DNA of 32,000 nucleotides from contig NZ_CP142525.1 in the NCBI RefSeq assembly GCF_051097895.1, positions 330,001 through 362,000 of the forward strand, written 5' to 3'. Of this stretch, positions 23,023-31,822 are shown one piece after another; position 1 is the first letter of the stretch; every line of letters starts with the position of its first letter. The translations under genes were made by a program, and so were the position numbers. The notes beneath the pieces were generated by a model. That model was not told where the DNA came from and made no database searches. It saw only the letters and a list, made by a program, of their open reading frames with translations. Origin of the DNA: Psychrobacter sp. HD31 (GTDB lineage: Bacteria; Pseudomonadota; Gammaproteobacteria; Pseudomonadales; Moraxellaceae).

Positions 23023-24153
23023 CTAACAATGACACTCATCATCACAACAAGAGAGGTCATCAAGATAAAATTGGTTTTGTTTATATAGTTCGATAATAGA
23101 TTCTCGTAGCTTTTTATCGCCATCCAACCTTTCGCTTAATACTTCGCCAATAATGCCAAAGCGCTGGCGGAACTTGTAAATAAAACAAAATAAAGCTTTA
23201 TCATGTTGGACTTGAGGACCTGCCAAAAATAGATTTGGATATAGAGTGGATTCATCCAGTGCGTTAAGTTTTAGATGGTCATCTTCAACTTCAAATAAAT
23301 GCTCAATTAACTTTGTACTACTATCAAAGCCCATACAGTTTATTGGTGCTGTATTGGTGCTATATTTTTCACCTTCTGAAGTCGTTAAGGTGTAACCACC
23401 ATCATCAAATTTTTCGATACTCATTACTTTTGCATTCACGACTTTGATGTGACTTTTTACACTATTAAAACGGTCACGAGTGAAAGGGGACAAACTGTAG
23501 CTTGAGTCGCTGCTGTGAAAGTTAAGTTGGTTACTGCCATCAAACAAGGTTACTTTTTTGCCAAGTCTAGAAAGTTGATAGGCTGCATCTACGCCAGATT
23601 CATAACCTCCGATAACACACAAGTTATCATCCTCGATAAAGTCTGACCACGCCCACACATCTGCATAGTGTGTGCAGTGCTCTGCACCTTTAAAGTTACC
23701 GTAATGAGGATATTGAAATTCGCCAGCAGCCCAAATGACATGTGAAGCGAAATGCATGCCTTGATTGGTATCAAGTACGAATGGCAAATCGTCGTGTTCA
23801 TCGTAATCAAAGTTCTCAACTTCAACATCCGTCACCACAGGTAAATCATAATGTTCTACCAATGATTTTAGATACTTGGCATATTGCCGACCTGTTGGGT
23901 GCTCAGTCGATAAAGTGAATGCTGGTGAAGTTTCAGGCGTTACTGCATTAAGGTCAACCGCCCCAAAAAAATTACCCGTAAAAGAAGGAGAAATAAATTT
24001 AGTTTCTTGTGGCCATTGCAGAAATGATGCCCCGACTTCTCCTTTATCGATAATCACAAAGGGGAGTCCAAGGCGTTTTAGTAGAATACCCATTCCAATA
24101 CCAGCAGCACCAGCGCCAACAATGATAATGGGAGATTTTATTGCATTATTCAT
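23023..24153 (-). CDS. Two-dinucleotide-binding-domain flavoprotein (FAD/NAD(P) oxidoreductase, flavin-monooxygenase/CzcO-like) with a Cys-rich C-terminal tail
   Basis: The first fold is 'IIIVGAGAAGIGMGILL' and the second is 'VIGGYESGVDAAYQL'. The C-terminus is 'LSCCDDECHC'. Confidence 0.85.
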   Translation of the reverse strand: MNNAIKSPIIIVGAGAAGIGMGILLKRLGLPFVIIDKGEVGASFLQWPQETKFISPSFTGNFFGAVDLNAVTPETSPAFTLSTEHPTGRQYAKYLKSLVEHYDLPVVTDVEVENFDYDEHDDLPFVLDTNQGMHFASHVIWAAGEFQYPHYGNFKGAEHCTHYADVWAWSDFIEDDNLCVIGGYESGVDAAYQLSRLGKKVTLFDGSNQLNFHSSDSSYSLSPFTRDRFNSVKSHIKVVNAKVMSIEKFDDGGYTLTTSEGEKYSTNTAPINCMGFDSSTKLIEHLFEVEDDHLKLNALDESTLYPNLFLAGPQVQHDKALFCFIYKFRQRFGIIGEVLSERLDGDKKLRESIIELYKQNQFYLDDLSCCDDECHC

Positions 24154-24433
24154 GGAAGAAAAAAATTATTGATTAATTATTAATGTCTATAGCTAATGAA
24201 ATTAAAAGTTAAAGTAAGACACTCTTTATGTTCTACAGCTTTATTAACGATATTTAAGGCATAAAAAATTACTACAATGAAAGCTTGTTTGAGGTTATAA
24301 AATATAGAGCTAAATTTACTGATAAAAATTTTTGTATCAGGTTTGTATTTTGTCTCTATATATAAAACTTCATTAACTTTCCTTGTAGTAACATGTTTTA
24401 CAAAATATGATAATGAAAACCATTCTTAATATG

Positions 24434-24454
24434 TAATGTTATAATATAACATTA
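24434..24454. repeat. Perfect inverted repeat TAATGTTATA-A-TATAACATTA
   Basis: The 10-bp arms are exact reverse complements around one central base. It lies about 280 nt upstream of the flavoprotein start, in a 600-bp AT-rich spacer. It may be an operator. Confidence 0.6.
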
Positions 24455-24717
24455 TTATTCAAAGTATCAATATTTTTTACTATAAAATTAAAATTTATTG
24501 TTAGCCAACGGGTGAGATTTGCAAAATAGAAACAGACGATAAAAGCAGTATTTAAAATAACTATCGTGTAAAACTTGTAAAGGAGTACTAAGACTTACTA
24601 GAACATAGAACACATTGTAAAATTGTAGGTTGGATTCCCAATCCATCTAATATGAGATATTATCATTTTTAAAAATTTGTATTAGCTTTACACAAAATTG
24701 AGCTATAAAAAAGGCAC

Positions 24718-24746
24718 AAAAAACCCCCCAGTCTTAAGAATGGGGA
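24718..24746 (-). terminator. Weak terminator candidate downstream of tRNA-Val
   Basis: The minus strand reads CCCCA-N10-TGGGG followed by GG and T6. The stem is short (5 bp) and the loop long. Confidence 0.4.
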
Positions 24747-24755
24747 TTTTAAATA

Positions 24756-24832
24756 TGGTAGGCATAACTAGATTCGAACTAGCGACCCCCACCATGTCAA
24801 GGTGGTGCTCTAACCAACTGAGCTATATGCCT
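24756..24832 (-). tRNA. tRNA-Val (anticodon GAC), CCA encoded
   Basis: I folded it by hand. Acceptor stem is AGGCATA/TATGCCT and D stem GCTC/GAGC. The anticodon stem CCACC/GGTGG closes the loop TTGACAT. T stem is GCTAG/CTAGT with loop TTCGAAT, then discriminator A and CCA. Confidence 0.93.
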
Positions 24833-24845
24833 AAAAGAGGGTGGT

Positions 24846-24873
24846 ATTTTATCAAATTTTGCTATGTTTGCAA
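24846..24873 (-). promoter_or_regulatory. Sigma70-like promoter TTGCAA-N16-TAAAAT for tRNA-Val
   Basis: The -35 is at 24868-24873 and the -10 at 24846-24851 (minus strand). The tRNA 5' end lies 13 nt downstream of the -10. Confidence 0.55.
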
Positions 24874-24886
24874 GCAGTTTTTAAAA

Positions 24887-25741
24887 TCAGGTTATCATTT
24901 TTAGGGTTTCACTCACCATTATCATACCCACAACCGAAGTGACTGCCACAGCAGAACCATAACCACCACAATGTAAACCACCTTGTGTTGCTTCGTTTTC
25001 AGCACTAGTGCTACATGCTTTTTGCACAATGGGAGGCTGGGTAGAATATATACAGCGTATACCAAATTTTTCTTTCATTTGTGTATTAATGCCTTTCTCA
25101 TGGCGTAATTTACTGCGTAATCTTGCTAATAAAGGATCCTGAAAAGTGTCTTTTAAATCACTTACTGTTATCTGGGTTGGGTCTGTTTTGCCACCGGCAC
25201 CACCAGCACAAATGAGTTTTAATTTATTAAAGCGGCAATGTAACGCAATGGCTATTTTCGCTGCCATATCATCGGTGCAATCTAAAATAACAATATTTTG
25301 CCCATTGGCATTTGCTTGCTTATTTTGTTCACGGGTTGGCAGTAAATCTTTAACGTTGTTTTCTGTCAAAAAGTCGTCTACTAGGTTTAATCTTAACCTT
25401 GGGTTAGTTTGACGCATGCGCTTTGCCATAGCATCAATTTTTGCAACGCCAAAGTTGTCATCGAGTGCTGGCAATTGTCGATTAGCGTTTGATGCCACCA
25501 GCACATCCATATCAATTAATGTTATTTCACCCACGCCAGTGCGTGCTAGCCCTTCGGCAGCCCATGTGCCAACGCCACCAACTCCAATCACATAAACGTG
25601 GGCGTTTTCAAACTGAGTAAAACTTTTGGTACCATAAAGCCGTCCCGTCCCTGCAAATCGACGTTGATACTGATCATCCTCACTTTTAGTCGTAGGGTCT
25701 TGATCGGCTGGCGGGTAGGGTGGTTTGTTGTCAGTTGTCAT
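24887..25741 (-). CDS. tcdA: tRNA threonylcarbamoyladenosine dehydratase (ThiF/E1-like, TcdA/CsdL)
   Basis: The motif is 'HVYVIGVGGVGTWAAEGLARTGVGEITLIDMDVLVASNANRQ'. Its ATG overlaps the TatD-family stop (ATGA at 25738-25741). Confidence 0.88.
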   Translation of the reverse strand: MTTDNKPPYPPADQDPTTKSEDDQYQRRFAGTGRLYGTKSFTQFENAHVYVIGVGGVGTWAAEGLARTGVGEITLIDMDVLVASNANRQLPALDDNFGVAKIDAMAKRMRQTNPRLRLNLVDDFLTENNVKDLLPTREQNKQANANGQNIVILDCTDDMAAKIAIALHCRFNKLKLICAGGAGGKTDPTQITVSDLKDTFQDPLLARLRSKLRHEKGINTQMKEKFGIRCIYSTQPPIVQKACSTSAENEATQGGLHCGGYGSAVAVTSVVGMIMVSETLKMIT

Positions 25742-26667
25742 GAAGGGTATTTCCAGTTTACTTGTAATGCTTGTGTACTATTTTGCCATAATTGCTTGGC
25801 TAATGTCTCACAATCGCAATTTATTAATTGGCTTAGCACAGTTAAAATATGGAGTAAATTAGCAGGGGTATTTCTATTTATTTGCTGGCTTAGTTGGTTT
25901 GCTTCGCTTATTGAGCTAGTGGTCAATTGTTTGTCATCTCTTACTTGTTCACTGATTGGCATTATTTGCTTGTTTAAAGGCATCATATCTGGGCTGTCTG
26001 TCTCAATAACAAGGCAGCTTGTACCAAATTGTTGTACACACGCACAAACAACACGCCTTAATTTTTTGGCATTTGGGTTAGTAATTTGCCCCGTTATGCC
26101 AAGTTTAAACCCCAAATTAATAAATGCTTTTGCTTCTTGTTCGCCGCCACTAAAGCTATGGGCAATGCCGCCGAGCTTATGTGCGTTATATTCATGCTTT
26201 TTTAAAATCTGTAAGCTTTGGGCATGTGCTTTGCGGATATGCAGTAGTACAGGCAGCTTGTATTTTACTGCCAAATCTAGCTGTGCTATAAAAAAGTCTT
26301 GCTGTTTGTTAAACACATCAGGTTGCTTCATCTCTTTTGTAAAGGTGTCTAACCCAATTTCACCAAGGGCAATTAACTTGTGTTTTTTAATGTAGTTTTC
26401 AAGTGTACTTAGGTCAGTAGCACAATGGTTTTTAATAAAAAAAGGGTGTAAACCCAATGCAATGTGTGTTTGCGTAGGGATTGGTGCGTTATTGAGTTGG
26501 TTTTGTGTATCAATGATTTTGTTAAACCCTGATGACTCAATGCCCGAAATTACAATATGCTTTAATCCAACATTTTGGGCAAGTTTAAGCTGTGCTAGCC
26601 TGTCATGGTCAAACCTGCTGTCATCAAAATGGGTATGTGTATCTATCAGCTGTAAAGGCATGTTCAT
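25738..26667 (-). CDS. TatD family metal-dependent hydrolase
   Basis: Motifs are 'LIDTHTHFD', 'EIGLD', 'LPVLLHIR', 'GIAHSFSG' and 'VIETDSP'. A Q/S-rich insertion lies near the C-terminus. Confidence 0.88.
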   Translation of the reverse strand: MNMPLQLIDTHTHFDDSRFDHDRLAQLKLAQNVGLKHIVISGIESSGFNKIIDTQNQLNNAPIPTQTHIALGLHPFFIKNHCATDLSTLENYIKKHKLIALGEIGLDTFTKEMKQPDVFNKQQDFFIAQLDLAVKYKLPVLLHIRKAHAQSLQILKKHEYNAHKLGGIAHSFSGGEQEAKAFINLGFKLGITGQITNPNAKKLRRVVCACVQQFGTSCLVIETDSPDMMPLNKQIMPISEQVRDDKQLTTSSISEANQLSQQINRNTPANLLHILTVLSQLINCDCETLAKQLWQNSTQALQVNWKYPS

Positions 26668-26675
26668 AAAAGGTG

Positions 26676-26861
26676 CTAAGTGTCAGTTGAGTGGCTATGA
26701 TTATTGCTTTGATTGGCATCTGTGGTATTGTTGGCGTTATTTTTATTTTTTTCTGCAAAAACAGGTTTACGGCTACTACGGCGTGGTACCAGTAACAAAA
26801 CCGCAGCAACAACCGCCAGCTTAATAAACTTTGATTTTTTGTTTGTTTGTTTTTTTGGCAT
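26676..26861 (-). CDS. Possible small membrane-anchored protein (61 aa), uncertain
   Basis: It has a basic N-terminus, a hydrophobic stretch 'FIKLAVVAAVLLLV' and an N/S/T-rich tail. It ends 8 nt before the TatD-family start. The SD is weak and I recognise no family. Confidence 0.3.
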   Translation of the reverse strand: MPKKQTNKKSKFIKLAVVAAVLLLVPRRSSRKPVFAEKNKNNANNTTDANQSNNHSHSTDT

Positions 26862-26972
26862 ATTGTGTACTCAGTCTTTAATGGGGCTACTCATTATTAT
26901 AGTGAAAGCCAGCAATATGTGTTAGATTGATTTCATGTTTTTTTGATTTTGCAAGGATGTAAAATTGCTAAT

Positions 26973-29669
26973 ATGAAGTGGTGGATAATCAGCCTAGTTT
27001 CGGTTGTGTTAATGCTGGCGATGTTGGCAATTGCACCAAATGTTAATTTACCGCCAGTGACAAACTCAATAAATGGTTTTTTGAGTGTGTTTATTTTAGT
27101 GGCTTCATTGATTTTGTGGTTACTGGCAATTTTTATTGATAAAAAATCATCTCGCCAGCATTTTTTACCAAATTTTTTGTTTTTACAACTCCCCAATGTT
27201 TTAAAGTTGTTTGCTGTTTTGTTGATACTATTAACCAGTATTGTACAAGCAATGGTTGCCACACAGCAGGCACAAAGTAATGAGTTAAAGCAACCACAAC
27301 GTGTGGTAGCAATGGTAAAAATAGAAGGCATTAGTGACAGTGTTTATCAGTACAATGATAACGACAATAGTGCAGATATGGGCTACCGCCAAATTGCAAC
27401 CATTGTTGATGCCAAACCTTTACTAGTTAATCTTCAAAAAAAACCAAATAACACCAACCATTTTAATGACATTACCCCTGATACAACAAGCATCCAGCCT
27501 TTAATAAAAAAACGGCTGCTAATGTCAGCCTATCCCACACTAAAAAATAAAAAACATCATCCAGAGTTTACAAAATTAAATAAACTTGCGCCTAATCAGC
27601 TTGCAACCTTAACGTTAGAACTAACCAAAATACCTGCTAATAAGCAGTCAAAAAATACTGCTGCAAACACGCAAAAATTTAATGAGCATCGCTGGTTACG
27701 TACACGTCATATTGATGCTCAGGCAAAGATTTTAGCAATTAATCAATTAAACTTAAAAACCGTAAACCAAACAGATAAGCGTTTTTTTAGTGGGCTGAGA
27801 TATCAGCTAAACCAGATGCGCTTTAATGTCAGGCAACATTTTTTACTCGGTTGGTCGCAACTTAGTGAAGCAGAACAACAAGCCAAAGCGGTGACATTGA
27901 GCTTGTTAACTGGGGATAGAGCACTCATCAATAAAGCAACAAAAAACTTATATCAGTTAGCAGGTATATCACATTTATTGGCAATTTCTGGCACGCATGT
28001 TTTATTTTTAGCACTGCTTGTTAGTATGCTGGTAACGGCGATTATCAATCGGTTTGTTGTAAGCTGTTACTTTGTGGTACCAAGGTGGCTTGTGCGTTGG
28101 ATAATCATGATACTTGTCGCAGCGGTTTATGCCTTGTTTACTGGTTTTGATGTACCAGCGGCACGTACTTTTTGGATGCTAGTTGCGGTGGGGGGTATGC
28201 GTTTATTTTTTATGCGTATCTCTAGTTATCAAGTACTTTTGTTGGTTGCTATGATAATGGCATGGATAGACCCATTTGTACTTTGGCAAGCGGGCTTTTG
28301 GTTATCTTTTGTGGCTGTTGGCTTATTAATAAGTTTTGAAGTGAGTAGTGGCGGTAATCACAAAACTAACCAATCCAACATGGGTTTATTAGATGTTAAT
28401 CAGCAGTTTAGGGTATTTACCGACTTTTTAAGGTTAATTAAAGTACAGGTATGGATGTTTGTTACTTTATTGCCGTTGTCGTTATTATTATTTGGCAAGG
28501 TATCTTGGTGGGGGTTGTTAGTTAACATTTTTGCCATTGGGTTATATGGTTGGGTGATAGTGCCTCTTAATTTATTGGCTGGGCTTATATTTTTGTTATC
28601 GCCAGACATTGCTCAACATTTATGGCATTTGGTAAATCATATACTATTAGCATTACACAGCTTTTTAAATGACATACTGATTGGTGATATTAATAGGGCT
28701 GATGCTTGGATATATACGCAAATTAATGCAGGCATCATATTAGTGGCAATTTTTGCAATACTGCCTTGGTTAATGCCCAAAGGCATGATTAACCGGTTAT
28801 TTAGTTTACCGCCCATCTTGTTGTTGGGGTTTGTGCTATATAACCAAACCAATATTAGTGCACAACAACCAAAGTTAGGCATTTTGCAAACAAAGGATGC
28901 TTATATTACCGCGCAGGTTTTACAAACCCATACCGACAATTGGTTAATTGTTGCCGATCATTTATCTGCAAATAGCCGTTATAAACGTAGACTAACGGAC
29001 ATGAATGTCATGCAAAATTTGCAAGCGCAATTGGGTTCTTTGGGTGTTAACCATTTAACAGGCATTATTGTGCAGTCTCCCAGTAAAGTTTTAGCGAGTG
29101 CGACGCAAGCTTTGGTAGCGCAAATGCCAGTTGCCCAAGTTTGGCAAGCAGGGGTAACTGAGTTAAACACCACAAAAACACAGGACACATTTATTGAGCC
29201 ATTGCCTTGCACTGCAGGTGCTAAGTGGATGAGTGAGGATGGTAGTGTTACCATAAAAGCCATAACTGGCTGGAAACAGATTAGCCATACTGCCATGCAC
29301 AACTGTGCATTACTGGTTAGCAGCAATAAATTGATAGAGGTTGTGAGCCAATTTGATAGTGCTTGGGCAAACTTAACAACCAACAATACAGCCCTGCCAT
29401 TTAACAATAAAACAAACAGCTTAATGATAGATATATCAACGGATAAAAAATTGTGGCAAGTTTGGGAGCAGCTATGCCAAAATGATATTAGTCATAATCA
29501 ACAAAAAGCGACTAAACGGATGTGGCTATTACACAGTAGTAGCCAAGTGGATAAGGCGATTGTTAACATCTGGCAAGCCGATAATGCCATAATAAGCGAT
29601 GAAATCAACCAATATAATCAATTGAAGAGTAAACAAAAACTGCTCGAGTTAACACACTTGCAAGATTAA
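26973..29669 (+). CDS. comEC: DNA internalization-related competence protein ComEC/Rec2
   Basis: The competence-domain motif is 'LAGISHLLAISGTHVLF'. There are multiple TM segments and an OB-fold-type region near the N-terminus. The ATG at 26973 is preferred to the track's TTG at 26943. Confidence 0.88.
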   Translation: MKWWIISLVSVVLMLAMLAIAPNVNLPPVTNSINGFLSVFILVASLILWLLAIFIDKKSSRQHFLPNFLFLQLPNVLKLFAVLLILLTSIVQAMVATQQAQSNELKQPQRVVAMVKIEGISDSVYQYNDNDNSADMGYRQIATIVDAKPLLVNLQKKPNNTNHFNDITPDTTSIQPLIKKRLLMSAYPTLKNKKHHPEFTKLNKLAPNQLATLTLELTKIPANKQSKNTAANTQKFNEHRWLRTRHIDAQAKILAINQLNLKTVNQTDKRFFSGLRYQLNQMRFNVRQHFLLGWSQLSEAEQQAKAVTLSLLTGDRALINKATKNLYQLAGISHLLAISGTHVLFLALLVSMLVTAIINRFVVSCYFVVPRWLVRWIIMILVAAVYALFTGFDVPAARTFWMLVAVGGMRLFFMRISSYQVLLLVAMIMAWIDPFVLWQAGFWLSFVAVGLLISFEVSSGGNHKTNQSNMGLLDVNQQFRVFTDFLRLIKVQVWMFVTLLPLSLLLFGKVSWWGLLVNIFAIGLYGWVIVPLNLLAGLIFLLSPDIAQHLWHLVNHILLALHSFLNDILIGDINRADAWIYTQINAGIILVAIFAILPWLMPKGMINRLFSLPPILLLGFVLYNQTNISAQQPKLGILQTKDAYITAQVLQTHTDNWLIVADHLSANSRYKRRLTDMNVMQNLQAQLGSLGVNHLTGIIVQSPSKVLASATQALVAQMPVAQVWQAGVTELNTTKTQDTFIEPLPCTAGAKWMSEDGSVTIKAITGWKQISHTAMHNCALLVSSNKLIEVVSQFDSAWANLTTNNTALPFNNKTNSLMIDISTDKKLWQVWEQLCQNDISHNQQKATKRMWLLHSSSQVDKAIVNIWQADNAIISDEINQYNQLKSKQKLLELTHLQD

Positions 29670-29820
29670 GCGAGTAAAAATTTAAAAATAGCACTTGATG
29701 GGCTTATCACTATTTTACAATCGTGATACCTGGCATAAAAGGTAAAGACAATAAAAAGTGTTACAATGCAACGACAGCAAATAATTAAGATATAAATAAC
29801 AGTTTTTAGAAGGTAATAAC

Positions 29821-30897
29821 ATGAATTGGCCACCTAACCCAAATAACACTAACAATTCACATGGTGATCGTGATACGCAACAAACACAGCCATTAGCGCA
29901 ACCTAACACACACCCAACTGCGCGCGAGTGGGACTTGATAGAAAAAACCATGCTTGCCAATGTAGAAGAACAGCGCAGAAGTCGCCGTTGGCGTATTATC
30001 TCAAAGCTATTAAGTTTAGGCATGCTACTGCTGCTGGTATTTTTGCTAATGGGCAGAAGTTGCTCCACAGCGGAGACAGCCGCTGGCAGTAGCCTAGACA
30101 CCATTGGTATGAGCACATCACACCTTGCTGTTGTGGATATTAATGGCAAAATCGCAGCAGATTCTGCCGCAAATGCTGTTGATGTTGTAGCGGCAATGAC
30201 AAAAGCTTTTGAAAATAATAATGCCAAAGCGGTTGCGTTAAATATTAACTCACCTGGTGGTTCACCTGTTCAGTCAGATGAAATATGGCTGGCTGCCAAA
30301 GATTTGCGTGAAGAATACCCAGATAAAAAATTGTATGCGGTGATTGGCGATATAGGGGCTTCTGGTGCGTATTACATTGCGTCCGCAGCCGATGAAATTT
30401 ATGTTAATCCATCTAGCTTGGTGGGGTCAATTGGAGTAATCATGTCTAACTTTGATGCCCAAGAGTTGTTGAAAAAAGTGGGCTTGAAAGAGCGTACAAT
30501 GCATGCGGGCGAATATAAAGATATTTTAAGTATGGGTCGCCCAATGACAACGTTTGAAAAACAACATATTGATAGTGTTTTGGCAAATACTCATAAGCAC
30601 TTTATTGATGCTGTTAAACAAGGGCGTGGTAGTAAGCTTAAAAACCCAGAAGAAAACAAATTGTTTACAGGATTGTTTTGGACAGGTGAACAAGCCATTG
30701 GATTGGGTTTGGCAGATAAAACGGGCGGTATAAGACAGCTAGGGAAAGATTTGGACTTATCTAATGCACACAACTACACCATGGTAGACCCGATGCAAAA
30801 CCTTTTTGACCGTTTTGCGTTAAAAATGGGTGCAGGTTTTGCAACCGCTGTTAGCGATACCTTACAAACAGAAGAAGGAAGTGCCAAGCTACGCTAA
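29821..30897 (+). CDS. sppA: Signal peptide peptidase SppA, 36K type (S49 family)
   Basis: There is a TM anchor 'LLSLGMLLLLVFLLM'. Motifs are 'INSPGGS', 'GASGAYYIASAAD' (nucleophile Ser) and 'GEYKD'. Confidence 0.88.
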   Translation: MNWPPNPNNTNNSHGDRDTQQTQPLAQPNTHPTAREWDLIEKTMLANVEEQRRSRRWRIISKLLSLGMLLLLVFLLMGRSCSTAETAAGSSLDTIGMSTSHLAVVDINGKIAADSAANAVDVVAAMTKAFENNNAKAVALNINSPGGSPVQSDEIWLAAKDLREEYPDKKLYAVIGDIGASGAYYIASAADEIYVNPSSLVGSIGVIMSNFDAQELLKKVGLKERTMHAGEYKDILSMGRPMTTFEKQHIDSVLANTHKHFIDAVKQGRGSKLKNPEENKLFTGLFWTGEQAIGLGLADKTGGIRQLGKDLDLSNAHNYTMVDPMQNLFDRFALKMGAGFATAVSDTLQTEEGSAKLR

Positions 30898-30902
30898 ATC
30901 TT

Positions 30903-31787
30903 ATGAATATTAATTATGATTTTTCGCACTTGCCTAAATCGGCATTAACAGGCAAGCCAGTGTTACATTTTGCCCATGCTAATGGCATGCCATCGCTAGT
31001 TTATCAACCATTGTTTAATAAACTAGAGGCGTATTTTACAGTGGAGTATATTGCGCTTTTTGGTGCAACCAGTGGGTACGAAGTTGATGAACATTGGAAT
31101 AACTTACGTCAACAATTAATCGACAATGTTACTGCAGCGTGCAAAAAGCATGAGGTGCCTCATGTGGTTGGTTTTGGGCATTCTTTGGGTGCATTATCAA
31201 CTTTACGGGCAATATATAAACAGCCAGATTTATTTAGCCAAGCGGTTTTATGTGACCCTCCCATGATTCAAGGTATCACCAGTTTTATTTGGCATATGGC
31301 TAAGCAACTTGATAAATTGCCACTATTTGATAATACCTTTATGGATAAATTATCGCCTGCTGGTATTTCAAAAAAACGCCGTGATGTTTGGGAAAGCAGG
31401 GAAGAAGCAAAACAAAGCTTTAGTAAAAACAGATTTTTTGCCAAGTTTGATCCACGTTGTTTAGATGGCTATGTTCAGCATGGATTGATAGAGCGTGCAG
31501 ATGGTAAATTTACCCTTGCTATCCCTAAAAAAAATGAGGTGGCGATTTTTCGCACCAATCCTTCTTGGTATTGGTTAACACCCAACCGCGCGCCTAAAGC
31601 ACCGGTGACGTTAATAATAGGCGAAGATAGCCTGTTTCTAAAACGTAAGTTTCCGCAAATTATAGAAAAACGGCTAAAAATACCATTTAAAGTCCATACC
31701 GGTGGGCATATGTTTCCACTAGAATATCCTGATTCAGTGGTAGAAATGGCATTAGATATTTTTAATACACAGCAGTCATCAAACTAA
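30903..31787 (+). CDS. Alpha/beta hydrolase
   Basis: The nucleophile elbow is 'GFGHSLGA' and a C-terminal 'GGHMFPLE' holds the catalytic His region. It starts 5 nt after the sppA stop. Confidence 0.85.
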   Translation: MNINYDFSHLPKSALTGKPVLHFAHANGMPSLVYQPLFNKLEAYFTVEYIALFGATSGYEVDEHWNNLRQQLIDNVTAACKKHEVPHVVGFGHSLGALSTLRAIYKQPDLFSQAVLCDPPMIQGITSFIWHMAKQLDKLPLFDNTFMDKLSPAGISKKRRDVWESREEAKQSFSKNRFFAKFDPRCLDGYVQHGLIERADGKFTLAIPKKNEVAIFRTNPSWYWLTPNRAPKAPVTLIIGEDSLFLKRKFPQIIEKRLKIPFKVHTGGHMFPLEYPDSVVEMALDIFNTQQSSN

Positions 31788-31822
31788 TTTAAAACAGTAA
31801 ATAAACTTTACGGCTTATTTTT

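Noticed and set aside
23007-23123. Long form of the permease ORF overlapping the flavoprotein gene by 100 nt
   Set aside because: The internal ATG at 23006 has an AGGA SD and begins 16 nt after the upstream stop. A 100-nt overlap is unlikely.
21811-24832. tRNA-Val-associated genomic island carrying the flavoprotein-permease pair
   Set aside because: I could find no integrase, no direct repeat of the tRNA 3' end, and no mobile-element remnants by eye. I kept only a low-interest note on the AT-rich spacer.
24698-24904. 68-aa ORF on the + strand
   Set aside because: It runs straight across the antisense of tRNA-Val and its promoter. The tRNA cloverleaf fully explains this region.
25598-26395. 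265-aa ORF on the + strand
   Set aside because: It lies entirely antisense to the well-supported TatD-family and tcdA genes. Its Cys/Leu/Ser/Phe-rich low-complexity translation is typical of the reverse frame of a real gene, and it has no SD.
26933-29407. Several minus-strand ORFs (26933-27331, 28400-28609, 28637-28882, 28979-29407) and the + ORFs 26462-26824 and 26713-26925
   Set aside because: The minus-strand ORFs lie antisense within comEC. The two + ORFs lie antisense to the TatD-family 5' end and the small ORF upstream of it. None has an SD or a recognisable domain.
29715-30227. 170-aa minus-strand ORF overlapping the sppA 5' region
   Set aside because: It is antisense to sppA, which has clear S49 motifs. 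Its translation is Ala/Ser/Cys-rich with no motif.
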